A stretch of 64,000 bases of DNA. Origin: a virus (lineage: Duplodnaviria > Caudoviricetes). The translations under genes and the position numbers were made by a program. The DNA lies in the IMG/VR virus record IMGVR_UViG_3300017747_002922, positions 13,918 through 77,917 of that record; one strand, 5' to 3'. Under the pieces are notes generated by a model. That model was not told the origin of the DNA, searched no databases, and saw only the letters and a list, made by a program, of their open reading frames with translations. Positions 37,823 to 46,825 of this stretch are shown in pieces (within the stretch, counting starts at the first letter, position 1; the number at the start of each line of letters is the position of its first letter).

Positions 37823-38416
37823 ATGGTCAACAAGGTCATCCTCATCGGGTCGCTCGGGCAAGATCCCGAACTTCGCAGCACGTCCGGCGGTCAGTCTGTC
37901 GCGTCCCTGCGCCTCGCGACGAACGAGAAGTACAAAGACAAAGAGGGCAATCTCCAAGAGTCGACCGAGTGGCACTCTGTCGTCGCGTGGGGTCGGGACG
38001 CCGAGAACGTCAACAAGCACTGCAAGAAGGGGAAGCAGTTGTACATCGAAGGCCGCCTCCAAACCCGCAAGTGGCAGGACAAAGAGGGCAAGGACCGCTA
38101 CACCACCGAGGTCGTCGCGACCACGATCCGCTTCCTCGGCGGTGCTTCGGGCGAGGCCGAAAGTGGGGGTTCCTCGCGTGGCGGTTCCGGCGGCGGCTAC
38201 GGTCGTGGTCGCGACGGCGGCGGTTCGTCCGGCGGCGGGTACGGGGGCGGTTCCTCCAGCGGTGGCGGCTACGGCGGTGGTTCGGGTGGCTACGGGGGCG
38301 GCGGCGGGTACGGTGGGGGAGGTGGATACGGCGGCGGTGGGGGCGGCAGTGGCGCGACCCCTCCCCCGAATCCGACCGATGGTGACCCAGAGATCCCCTT
38401 CAAACCGGTGCTTTGA
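37823..38416 (+). CDS. ssb: Single-stranded DNA-binding protein
   Basis: [35 protein letters not shown]; Gly-rich linker; EIPF near the end. Confidence 0.97.
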   Translation: MVNKVILIGSLGQDPELRSTSGGQSVASLRLATNEKYKDKEGNLQESTEWHSVVAWGRDAENVNKHCKKGKQLYIEGRLQTRKWQDKEGKDRYTTEVVATTIRFLGGASGEAESGGSSRGGSGGGYGRGRDGGGSSGGGYGGGSSSGGGYGGGSGGYGGGGGYGGGGGYGGGGGGSGATPPPNPTDGDPEIPFKPVL

Positions 38417-38625
38417 TGTGGTCCCGCTCGCCCCCAACCATCCCCTTCGCCCCCCGTATGCTGCGACAGGGCGACGTCTCGCTCTGGTTCGATCAGTGGG
38501 AAGGTCGGTGGTGCGCCGTCGTCGGGACCGTCGTGGACGTGGACGACCTGGCCGCGTTCTGCGCCGAGATCGGGATCGACGCGCCGACGGACGAGGAACA
38601 GGCGTGGGCCAAGGAGGAAGGATGA
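38416..38625 (+). CDS. Hypothetical protein
   Basis: Coupled to ssb. Confidence 0.45.
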   Translation: MWSRSPPTIPFAPRMLRQGDVSLWFDQWEGRWCAVVGTVVDVDDLAAFCAEIGIDAPTDEEQAWAKEEG

Positions 38626-39125
38626 CCGCCCTCCCCCGCTGGCTCCCCGAAGACCATCGCCACCGCGGCGACACGGTCAACCGCGTTCGCGCCGACATCA
38701 CCGCGCACGCCGGATCGACCTCCCGCGAAGTCGCCGACCGGTGTGAGGTCACGCCGCTACAGGCATCGCGCGCCCTCTGCTACCTGCGCGACACCATGCG
38801 CGAGGTTCACGCCGTCGCGGTGTCGGGCGGCGGCTACCGGTGGGCCCTCGTCGGCGTCCACATCGATCCCGCGTCCCGGCCCCCGTTGTCGCGCGAGACG
38901 GCGGCACGGGCGCGAGCACTGGAGGCGAAACGGGCCAAGCGCGCCGACCGGATGGCGACACTCCTCGAACGCCTCGCCAGTGGCCCCCACACGCGCCGTG
39001 AACTTGCCGACGCGTTGCGGTGGCCCCCGCGTCGGGTTGAGCATCTGTTGCTACTGCTCGCGCGGGAAGGGCGTGCGGCGAATCGCGAGGTGTGGGGACT
39101 CGCAGGGAAGTGGGTGGCGTTGTGA
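38622..39125 (+). CDS. Tandem winged-HTH protein
   Basis: STSREVADRCEVT..ASRALCYL and HTRRELADALRWP..VEHLL; GGAGG RBS. Confidence 0.6.
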   Translation: MTALPRWLPEDHRHRGDTVNRVRADITAHAGSTSREVADRCEVTPLQASRALCYLRDTMREVHAVAVSGGGYRWALVGVHIDPASRPPLSRETAARARALEAKRAKRADRMATLLERLASGPHTRRELADALRWPPRRVEHLLLLLAREGRAANREVWGLAGKWVAL

Positions 39126-39469
39126 TCCTGACCATCCCCTACAACCTCCCGTCCGCCGCGAACCTGCGCGAGGTGTGGCAGGTCAAGGCCCGCCGCGTCC
39201 GGCAACAACGCGACCTCGTCCGCATGTTCATCGGCGGCAAGCCCCGCCCGACGTTGCCCGTGGTCGTGACGCTCACCCGGATCGCGCCAAGGGCACTGGA
39301 CGACGACAACCTCTCGGGCGCGTTCAAGGCGATACGCGACGAGATCGCGGACTGGCTTGGGGTCAAGGACAACCACCCGGGCATCGTGTGGGCGTACACC
39401 CAAGAGCGCGGGGTGCCGAAGGAGTACGCGATCCGGGTGCGGGTCATGCCGTCGTTGGGCGCGTTGTGA
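39122..39469 (+). CDS. rusA: RusA-like Holliday junction resolvase
   Basis: PSAAN...LDDDNLSGAFKAIRD...KDN catalytic pattern. Confidence 0.7.
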   Translation: MILTIPYNLPSAANLREVWQVKARRVRQQRDLVRMFIGGKPRPTLPVVVTLTRIAPRALDDDNLSGAFKAIRDEIADWLGVKDNHPGIVWAYTQERGVPKEYAIRVRVMPSLGAL

Positions 39470-39478
39470 TTGTTCGCC

Positions 39479-39507
39479 TTGACGCCGCCCCGCGACTGTA
39501 GTAATGG
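39479..39507 (+). promoter_or_regulatory. Sigma70-like promoter, class A
   Basis: TTGACG-N17-TAATGG; spacer ends in CTGTAG. Confidence 0.65.
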
Positions 39508-39572
39508 TGTCGGGCGAGGTGAGAATGTTTCAACGAGCCCCCGGTGAACTTGACCCGTTCGCAAACGGGAAC

Positions 39573-39863
39573 ATGTCGGACGAGTACAAGATCCAGACCA
39601 TCAAGGACAACCTGCGCGCCCGTCAGCAGGCCCCCAACTACACCGGCTTTCTGACCGAGGAAGAGGCTGACTTCCTGTTCGGCGCCGTCGACCGCGCGAA
39701 GGAAGAGGCCGAAGAGGCGCGACAGGAACTCGAATCCACGCGCTCCGACCTGACCACGCAGATCGAAGAACTCGACGAGAAGGTCAGTGCCGCCGACGAC
39801 AAGATCAAGGACCTCGAAGACGAGATCGAAGAACTCCGCAACAACAAGGACGCAACCCCGTGA
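39573..39863 (+). CDS. Acidic coiled-coil protein
   Basis: Heptad-rich C-terminal half. Confidence 0.65.
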   Translation: MSDEYKIQTIKDNLRARQQAPNYTGFLTEEEADFLFGAVDRAKEEAEEARQELESTRSDLTTQIEELDEKVSAADDKIKDLEDEIEELRNNKDATP

Positions 39864-40975
39864 ACCTCATCATCTCCCGCAAAGAACTCGACGAACTCGC
39901 CGCCCGCGCACGGGGCATCGTCGAATCGAAGCCAAGCAACCCCGTCCTCGGGTGCGTCATCATCGACGCGACGCCTGACGGGGTCACCGCCACGTCCTAC
40001 CGCTCGTCCATGGGCTACGTCGGCACCTACACGGCGAACGTGAGCGACCGCGGCCGGATCGCCGTCGACGTCGACGCGCTCCAGAAGGCGATCAAGACGC
40101 TCCCGCCCGGCCCGATCGCGATGGACGTGTCGACCACGAACCTGCGCCTCAAGATGTCCGTCGGCAAGTCGACGACGACGATCGGCACACTGGACCCCGC
40201 CGACCATCCCGGCGTCGTCGACGTCAAGGCCACCCACACGCTCACCGTCGACGCGCCCGCACTCCGGACGATCATCGACCAGACCGTCAAGTGCATCGCC
40301 GAGGACGACAACAAGTATGGCCTGTCGGTGCTCCTGTTGGAGTTCGTCGGCGGCAAGGTCCGCGCCGTGTCGACCGATGGGAACCGGCTGGCGTGGTCCG
40401 AGTGCGACGCCACGGGGGACGCGCCGTCCGGTACGCTCGTGCCCCGCGCGTGCGTGCTGGAGATGCGCGCGATGATCGACAAGATCGCCGGCCCGGTTGA
40501 GATCGCCATCGAGCCCGGCCCGCGCGCTGGCTCCAAGCCGCGCGCACTCGCCGTCAAGTTGCCGGGCGAGACGCTGACGATCCGGTGCGCCGAGGTCGAC
40601 TTTCCCGACTACCGGCAGGTGTTGCCGACGAACTACAAGCGGACGTGGACGGTCGACCGCGTCAACCTGCACGACACGTTGCGTCGCTTCCCGGTCGCGA
40701 CGGGGTCCAACGCCGTCACCGTCACGCTCACCAACGGCACGGTCCACATGCGCCGGACGTGGGACACCAGCGAGACGAGCGCCGAGATCGACGCGAACTA
40801 CACCGGCGACCGCACGGTGATGGGGTTCAACGTCGTCTATCTGGCGAACGCGCTGGGCGTCTGCACCGGCACCGACGTCGCGATCAAGATGGGTGACACG
40901 CTGTCGCCGGTCGTGATCGAGGACCCTACCAACTCGGCGGCGCAGTTCGTCGTCATGCCCGTGCGGCTGGATTGA
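39860..40975 (+). CDS. dnaN: DNA polymerase III beta sliding clamp
   Basis: 371 aa; P(V/I)LG, AVSTDGNRLAW, FPDYRQVLP, GFN..YL and FVVMPVRL motifs. Confidence 0.92.
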   Translation: MNLIISRKELDELAARARGIVESKPSNPVLGCVIIDATPDGVTATSYRSSMGYVGTYTANVSDRGRIAVDVDALQKAIKTLPPGPIAMDVSTTNLRLKMSVGKSTTTIGTLDPADHPGVVDVKATHTLTVDAPALRTIIDQTVKCIAEDDNKYGLSVLLLEFVGGKVRAVSTDGNRLAWSECDATGDAPSGTLVPRACVLEMRAMIDKIAGPVEIAIEPGPRAGSKPRALAVKLPGETLTIRCAEVDFPDYRQVLPTNYKRTWTVDRVNLHDTLRRFPVATGSNAVTVTLTNGTVHMRRTWDTSETSAEIDANYTGDRTVMGFNVVYLANALGVCTGTDVAIKMGDTLSPVVIEDPTNSAAQFVVMPVRLD

Positions 40976-40978
40976 GCG

Positions 40979-42361
40979 ATGGACTACCTCGACTTCATCG
41001 ACAAGAAGACGCAGGCCGGGAGCGACGAGGGGTTCGCGCCCATCGACCTCCCGCCCGCGCTCTTCGACTTCCAACGGTCGGTCGTTGAGTGGGCGGTTCG
41101 CAAGGGCCGCGCCGCCATCTTCGCCGATACCGGGCTCGGTAAGACGCTCATGCAGTTGGTGTGGGCGCACAACGTCGTGCTCCACACGAACCGCCCCGTG
41201 CTCCTCCTGACCCCGTTGGCGGTAGGCGGTCAGACGGTGTTGGAGGCGGCCAAGTTCGGCATCGATGCGCGTCGCTCGCTCGACGGAAAGACGGGCGCGG
41301 TGTGCGTGTGGGTGACGAACTACGAGAAGCTTCACCACTTCGACCCGCTCGACTTCGCGGGCGTCGTGTGTGACGAGTCGTCCATCCTCAAGTCCTTCGA
41401 CGGTTCAACACGTTCGGCCATCACCGAGTTCATGCGGAAGACGCCCTATCGCCTACTCTGCACGGCGACGGCGGCACCCAACGACTACATCGAGTTGGGC
41501 ACATCGTCGGAAGCCCTCGGCTACCTCGGTCACATGGACATGCTGTCGCGGTTCTTCAAGAACGACGCCGGCAACTCAATCCGCCCCGTCGCGTTCGGTC
41601 ACGACAAGCGGTATGCGGGGTCCATGTGGCGGTTCAAGGGGCACGCCGAGGCGCCGTTCTGGCAGTGGGTGTGCTCGTGGGCGCGGGCCTTGCGCAAGCC
41701 GTCGGACGTGGGCGGCGATGACACGCCGTTCATCCTGCCGGCACTCACCCAAGCGGAGCACGTCATCAAGACAGCGACGCCGCGCGAAGGGTTCCTGTTC
41801 ACGCTGCCGGCCCGCGGGTTGGACGAGCAGCGCGACGAGCGCCGCCGGACCATCACCGAGCGGTGCGAACGGACGGCGGATCTCGTGAACGGAACCGGTC
41901 AACCCGCGCTTTCGTGGTGCCACCTGAACGCGGAGGGGGACCTGCTGACGAAGTTGATCCCCGACGCCGTTCAGGTCAGCGGTGCCGACTCCGACGAAGC
42001 CAAGGAAGAGGCGTTCATGGGGTTCGTGCGCGGGGACATCCGCGTCCTCGTGACCAAGCCGTCCATTGGAGCGTGGGGGCTCAATTTTCAGCATTGTGCC
42101 CACGTCACCATGTTCCCGTCGCACTCGTACGAGCAGACGTACCAGGGAATCCGGCGGTGCTGGCGCTTCGGGCAGACGCGCCCCGTTCACGTCGACATGG
42201 TCACGTCCGAAGGGGAGCGCGGTGTCCTCGACAACTATCTGCGGAAGGCCGTCGCCGCTGACAAGATGTTTTCTCAACTCGTCGCGGAGATGAACCGCGC
42301 CAACTCCATCGACCGTTCCCGAACCTTCAACAACGCAACCAAGGTGCCAACGTGGCTGTAA
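40979..42361 (+). CDS. Superfamily 2 (SNF2/ResIII-like) helicase
   Basis: GLGKT, CDESS, TATAAPND, GLNFQ and RRCWRFGQ motifs. Confidence 0.9.
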   Translation: MDYLDFIDKKTQAGSDEGFAPIDLPPALFDFQRSVVEWAVRKGRAAIFADTGLGKTLMQLVWAHNVVLHTNRPVLLLTPLAVGGQTVLEAAKFGIDARRSLDGKTGAVCVWVTNYEKLHHFDPLDFAGVVCDESSILKSFDGSTRSAITEFMRKTPYRLLCTATAAPNDYIELGTSSEALGYLGHMDMLSRFFKNDAGNSIRPVAFGHDKRYAGSMWRFKGHAEAPFWQWVCSWARALRKPSDVGGDDTPFILPALTQAEHVIKTATPREGFLFTLPARGLDEQRDERRRTITERCERTADLVNGTGQPALSWCHLNAEGDLLTKLIPDAVQVSGADSDEAKEEAFMGFVRGDIRVLVTKPSIGAWGLNFQHCAHVTMFPSHSYEQTYQGIRRCWRFGQTRPVHVDMVTSEGERGVLDNYLRKAVAADKMFSQLVAEMNRANSIDRSRTFNNATKVPTWL

Positions 42362-43317
42362 CCGACCAGATCATCACCGACCGATACGCCATCTACAACG
42401 GGGACTCTGTCGAGGTAATGCGCGACTTGCCTTCGGGCGTCGTCGGCCTCTCCGTCTACTCGCCCCCGTTCGGCGGGCTCTACTGCTACTCGTCCAACGA
42501 GCGCGATCTCTCCAACTGCAAGGACTACGAACAATTCTTCGATCAGTACGGGTACTTCATCCGCGAGATCCTGCGCCTCACCATGCCGGGCCGGATGTCG
42601 GTCGTCCACGTCACCGACGTCCCGTCGGGCAACTCCGGCGGCGACCACCTGATCGACTTCTCCGGCGATGTGATCCGCGCCCACCAGAAGGAAGGGTGGA
42701 AGTACGTTGCGCGCTACTCCGTGTGGAAGGAGCCCCTCGGCGTGCGGAACCGGACCATGCGCAAGGACCTGGCCCACAAGTCCATCGTTGACGACTCGTC
42801 GCGGTGCTCGTGCGCGCAGGCCGACTACATGCTCGTGTTCCGCAAGCCCGGCGAGAACGCCGTACCCATCGAGCACCCGACCGGACTGACCGACTACTAC
42901 GGCGAGCGCGAGATCCCGGCGGAACTCCTGCCCTTCAAGAACTGGAAGGGCAACCAGATCGAGAACCGGTACTCTCACTGGATCTGGCGTCAGTACGCGT
43001 CCTCGTTCTGGGATGACGTGCGCGGCGAGCGCGTGTTGCCCTTCCACGAAGCGCGCGAGGATGAGGACGAGAAGCACGTTCACCCGCTGCAACTCGACGT
43101 GATCGACCGCTCTATCATCCTCTGGTCCAACCCCGGCGAGGTCGTGTTCACGCCGTTCATGGGCGTGGGGTCCGAGGTCCACGAAGCGGTCAAGTTGGGC
43201 CGCAAGGGCATCGGCTGCGAACTGAAGCCGTCGTACTTCGCGCAGGCCGTGAAGAACCTCGCGGCGGTCGACGTCGGCCCCGACGACTCGCAACTCTCGT
43301 TGTTCGGGAAGCCCTGA
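42352..43317 (+). CDS. Beta-class amino-methyltransferase (N4-C or N6-A)
   Basis: YSPPF catalytic motif precedes the TPFMGVGSE SAM-binding motif; GCELK.SYF..A..N. Confidence 0.88.
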   Translation: MAVTDQIITDRYAIYNGDSVEVMRDLPSGVVGLSVYSPPFGGLYCYSSNERDLSNCKDYEQFFDQYGYFIREILRLTMPGRMSVVHVTDVPSGNSGGDHLIDFSGDVIRAHQKEGWKYVARYSVWKEPLGVRNRTMRKDLAHKSIVDDSSRCSCAQADYMLVFRKPGENAVPIEHPTGLTDYYGEREIPAELLPFKNWKGNQIENRYSHWIWRQYASSFWDDVRGERVLPFHEAREDEDEKHVHPLQLDVIDRSIILWSNPGEVVFTPFMGVGSEVHEAVKLGRKGIGCELKPSYFAQAVKNLAAVDVGPDDSQLSLFGKP

Positions 43318-43319
43318 CC

Positions 43320-43544
43320 ATGTGGACCATCTTCGCGACCGGCTACCCGGACTGCCCTCTGATCGTGGACTACCCCGCGGCCGACCTGTCGTCAGCGGTG
43401 TCGGCGATCGTCGGCGAATGGGTGCCGGTCGCGTCGGATGGTCCCCACATCCTCCCGCTCACCGTCTACGGGCCGGGCGGGCAAACCATCGTCACCGCCC
43501 GCGTCGTCGTGATTGACGACGCAGTATCGGAGGTGTCGCTTTGA
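43320..43544 (+). CDS. Hypothetical protein
   Basis: 74 aa; high GC3. Confidence 0.55.
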   Translation: MWTIFATGYPDCPLIVDYPAADLSSAVSAIVGEWVPVASDGPHILPLTVYGPGGQTIVTARVVVIDDAVSEVSL

Positions 43545-44155
43545 TTGGCCGACCCAAAAAGAACACCCCCACCGGCCGCATCCTCGTCCTGATCTGCGCG
43601 ACCCCGGGCGAGGAGACGATCGAATCGTTGGCCGCCCACGTTTATCCAACCCCCCGCCGCGTCAAGGCGTTCACCAACCACGCCGAGGTCCGCGAGTGGG
43701 CGAAGTCGCAAGCAGAGGCGAGACAGCAGGCCCGCGCCCGAACCGCGCGCGTGGTCCAGCACCTCGCCGAAGCCGGCTACCTCCAGTCCAACGGCCGCCC
43801 CGTGATCGCGGACTGGTTCGCGGCCAAGGTCGCCGCCGTCGGTCTGCCCGAAGCGTTGCGGCGTGCGGGCCCGCGGTGGAACCGGTCGCTGGCGAACACC
43901 GCGCCCACCGGCCCGCTCGCGTTCAGCGGCTACCACGAGGGGCCGGGCGTGCTCCATGCCGCGATGGTCAACCGGGTTGCGGCTTCGGTGGGGAATCCGC
44001 GCTGCACCGTCGCGGACATCATCGGGAGCAAGCCGACGACGCGCGAACAACAGGTGTGGGGCAACCTGATCGAGTGGGGAATAATCGTACCCCCACGCGC
44101 CCGCTTCCCGACGGCGAAGGCGTTGGACCTGGTCGCGTCGTGGGGAGCGCCGTGA
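43541..44155 (+). CDS. Hypothetical protein (possible winged HTH)
   Basis: GGAGG RBS with a TTG start. Confidence 0.55.
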   Translation: MIGRPKKNTPTGRILVLICATPGEETIESLAAHVYPTPRRVKAFTNHAEVREWAKSQAEARQQARARTARVVQHLAEAGYLQSNGRPVIADWFAAKVAAVGLPEALRRAGPRWNRSLANTAPTGPLAFSGYHEGPGVLHAAMVNRVAASVGNPRCTVADIIGSKPTTREQQVWGNLIEWGIIVPPRARFPTAKALDLVASWGAP

Positions 44156-44411
44156 CCCTCTTCAACCAGCCCGCGCCGCCCATGCCCCGCGTCGGGGTGT
44201 GGGCGGACATCGGGCGATGGATCACCGGAGACGCCGAATGGCCCGCCGACATCCCCCGCGCCTGTACCGCGTCCTCGTCATCGCCCGTCGCCGTCGTCGC
44301 GAGCGAATCGCCGACCTCAAACTGCAAGCCGAGTTCGGGTGGTGGGACGACTACCGACGCGCCCACAACCTGCCCGCCGACGCCGACCCCTACGCGGGCG
44401 GCTACTTCTGA
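44152..44411 (+). pseudogene. Hypothetical gene split by a -1 frameshift at a C5 run
   Basis: GC3 is high in frame A up to 44257 and in frame B afterwards; one extra C gives WPADIPPRLYRVL...GGYF*. Confidence 0.5.
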
Positions 44412-44492
44412 CCCCAACGTCGTCCGCGTCGCGCTCGATCACTGGGCGCGCGTGTGGGCGACCTACCCGAACCACCGCCCACGAGGTGACGA

Positions 44493-44726
44493 ATGAGACT
44501 CTCCTACCGACTCCGATGGCCCCCCTACCTGTTCTGGTGGGCGTGGGTCGTCACCCCATGGCGCCGACTCGTTGTGTGGACCGATCGCCTTCGCGGCCTG
44601 TCGTGGTCGCGCTGTCCGGGTTGCGGTGCCTTCGAGGAGGAGATGCAGGACCCGTGCGACGCCTGCCCTTCCCGGTGCCATCACCCGATCACCGTCAACC
44701 GCTACGGGAGTGTGACCACACCATGA
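44493..44726 (+). CDS. Hypothetical Trp/Cys-rich protein
   Basis: CPGC..CDAC; GAGG RBS. Confidence 0.5.
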   Translation: MRLSYRLRWPPYLFWWAWVVTPWRRLVVWTDRLRGLSWSRCPGCGAFEEEMQDPCDACPSRCHHPITVNRYGSVTTP

Positions 44727-45085
44727 ACCCCGCCGACCTGACCGCTATCCGCACCTCGATCCTGACGGCCGACACGTCCACGATGTCCGGTGCCGAGCGT
44801 GACTGGTACCGTGCCTGCGTCGCCCTGCTCGCCGAGGTCGACCGCCTCACGCCCGCGCCGAAGCCCGAACTGCCGCCGATCGACGAGTTGCCCATGGTGG
44901 TCGGCAGGACGTGGGGCCGCTTCTACGGCACGGCCCTGTTTCACTCGCTCGCCAAGTACAACGACGAGCACTTCCCAGCGTGTGGTCGGGTCATGCCCCG
45001 GCGCTACATGACGCACGCCGTCACTACGCAGTCTCGCCCCTGCGCCGCCTGCCTCGCGTTGGCGAAATCTTCGGAGCAACCATGA
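44723..45085 (+). CDS. Hypothetical protein (CxxC)
   Basis: ATGA overlap; LLAEVDRL and PCAAC. Confidence 0.55.
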   Translation: MNPADLTAIRTSILTADTSTMSGAERDWYRACVALLAEVDRLTPAPKPELPPIDELPMVVGRTWGRFYGTALFHSLAKYNDEHFPACGRVMPRRYMTHAVTTQSRPCAACLALAKSSEQP

Positions 45086-45441
45086 ACCCCACCTGCGCTC
45101 ACACCGTCATCGTCCCGTCGCCGTCCAACGGCCACCACTGTCGCGACTGCGGCACCCCGTTCGTCCTCGCCCGGTTCGCACCCCTGACCCCGTGGAGCAC
45201 CTTGGCCGCCGTGGTTGAGGAGCGCAACCGCTACTATGCCGAGGTCGCCGCGCTTCGGTCGCAGGTCGAGGAGTTGATGCGGTGCGGGGTGTCGATCCAC
45301 AAAGCGGCATCGGCGGCCGTGGACTTCGAGCGCGAACGGGTCAACGGGATCCTCACGCGCATGGCCTCGGACGCGCACGACCGGGGCGACTCGGCGGCGG
45401 CGGACGCGTTGGCGGCGGCGGCGATTGCGGTGCGGCCGTGA
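45082..45441 (+). CDS. Zn-ribbon plus coiled-coil hypothetical protein
   Basis: CAH..HCRDCG; GGAG RBS. Confidence 0.6.
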   Translation: MNPTCAHTVIVPSPSNGHHCRDCGTPFVLARFAPLTPWSTLAAVVEERNRYYAEVAALRSQVEELMRCGVSIHKAASAAVDFERERVNGILTRMASDAHDRGDSAAADALAAAAIAVRP

Positions 45442-45466
45442 CCCCGCGCCACTTGCGGCGGGGGCG

Positions 45467-45495
45467 TTGACGGGGGCGGCGTGATCTGGTAAGAA
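45467..45495 (+). promoter_or_regulatory. Promoter of the TGT-like/queC operon
   Basis: TTGACG-N17-TAAGAA with a TG extension. Confidence 0.65.
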
Positions 45496-45615
45496 GACTT
45501 CGATTCGCTGATGTTCGATGGCAGTCGAACGGAAGCTCCGATTCTTAGCGGCGATGGCCGCGCCCTGCGCCACCCGGTTCCGCTGCCACGGCGCCGGGTG
45601 GCCTTCGGAGTTTCG

Positions 45616-46236
45616 GTGATCTCGTACGCCTCTCGCACCGGCACCAAACGCAACCTCGCGGCCCTCCGTGGCGCGGGGTGGCGGATCCTTGTGTCGGCGA
45701 AGGGCGTCCACCGCACCGAGGGATTCCCCTACGCGATCGACAACGGGGCGTGGACGGCGCATCAGCAGGGCATCCCGTTCGACGATGCGGCGTTCATCAA
45801 GTGCGTGAACTACCTCGGCGCCGACGCTGACTTCGTGGTGGCCCCTGATGTCGTCATGGGCGGCATGGGGTCGCTCGCGTTGTCGCTGACGTGGCTCCCG
45901 TGGTTGCGCGATCGGTGCCGCCGGATCCTTGTCCCCGTTCAGGACGGGATGACCGACGAGGACATCGCGCCGCTCCTGTCTCCCGAGCTCGGGATCTTCG
46001 TGGGCGGATCGACCGAGTGGAAGGAGGCGACCACCCTCCGATGGTCGCGCCTTGCTCACGCTCACGGGGCGTGGTGCCACGTCGGGCGCGTCAACACGGT
46101 TCGTCGGATCCGCATCTGTCAGTTCGCCGCCGTCGATTCGATCGATGGTTCGTCCGCCTCTCGCTACGCCGTGACCCTGCCGAAACTTGACGGGGCCGTT
46201 CGTCAACCTTCTCTCTTCGGGTGCCTGAATGCCTGA
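45616..46236 (+). CDS. TGT/DpdA-like base-exchange transglycosylase (TIM barrel)
   Basis: YAIDNGAW, VVAPDV, VPVQDG, FVGG, HVGRVNT and DSIDGSS; GGAG RBS before GTG 45616; coupled to queC. Confidence 0.7.
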   Translation: MISYASRTGTKRNLAALRGAGWRILVSAKGVHRTEGFPYAIDNGAWTAHQQGIPFDDAAFIKCVNYLGADADFVVAPDVVMGGMGSLALSLTWLPWLRDRCRRILVPVQDGMTDEDIAPLLSPELGIFVGGSTEWKEATTLRWSRLAHAHGAWCHVGRVNTVRRIRICQFAAVDSIDGSSASRYAVTLPKLDGAVRQPSLFGCLNA

Positions 46237-46825
46237 CCTTGTCGTCCTTCTCTCCGGTGGCCTTGACTCGACGGTGTGCGCCGAGATTGCCCGTCGATCG
46301 GGACACCTTCACTCCGTCGTCTCGTTCGCGTACGGACAAGCGAATACCGTGCAGGAGATGGGTGCGGCCGAACGGTGGGCGGCGCGTCACAGGGTTCCCC
46401 GCAAGGTGTTCGCGGTCGACGTGCCCGGCGTGTCCGCCCTCGACATCGGGGCGGGCGCCCACGGCCCCCGCGTGGTCGCCGGCCGCAATCTGCTTCTCCT
46501 GTCGCACGCCACCGCCTACGCGTTGTCGGTCGGTGCCTGTCGCGTGTGGATCGGTTGCAACGCGGACGACGCCGAGGACTACCCCGACTGTCGGCGCGAG
46601 TTCATCGAGGCCGCCGGGATGATGACGTGGCTCGCCTACGGGTCGCGGGTGTGGGCCCCCCTGATCGACATGAACAAGCGGCAAGTCGTGGCGAAGGCGC
46701 GCGAACTCGGGGTCGACATCGCTGATACGTGGTCCTGCTACCAGCCGTCGATCGCTCGCCCGCTGGAACCGTGCGGGACCTGCAACGCGTGCCGACTTCG
46801 GGCGTCCGCGATGGGTGACGAATGA
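46229..46825 (+). CDS. queC: 7-cyano-7-deazaguanine synthase (QueC family)
   Basis: VLLSGGLDST, YGQ, GRN, YPDCR.EF, APL...K and TWSCY..PCGTC.AC.LR. Confidence 0.95.
   Translation: MPDLVVLLSGGLDSTVCAEIARRSGHLHSVVSFAYGQANTVQEMGAAERWAARHRVPRKVFAVDVPGVSALDIGAGAHGPRVVAGRNLLLLSHATAYALSVGACRVWIGCNADDAEDYPDCRREFIEAAGMMTWLAYGSRVWAPLIDMNKRQVVAKARELGVDIADTWSCYQPSIARPLEPCGTCNACRLRASAMGDE

Noticed and set aside
38160-38350. GGY/GGS repeats as a notable tandem repeat
   Set aside because: Ordinary Gly-rich SSB linker.
45500-45615. Known preQ1 riboswitch upstream of queC
   Set aside because: Lacks the preQ1-I stem plus A-rich tail consensus; kept only as an unclassified structured leader.
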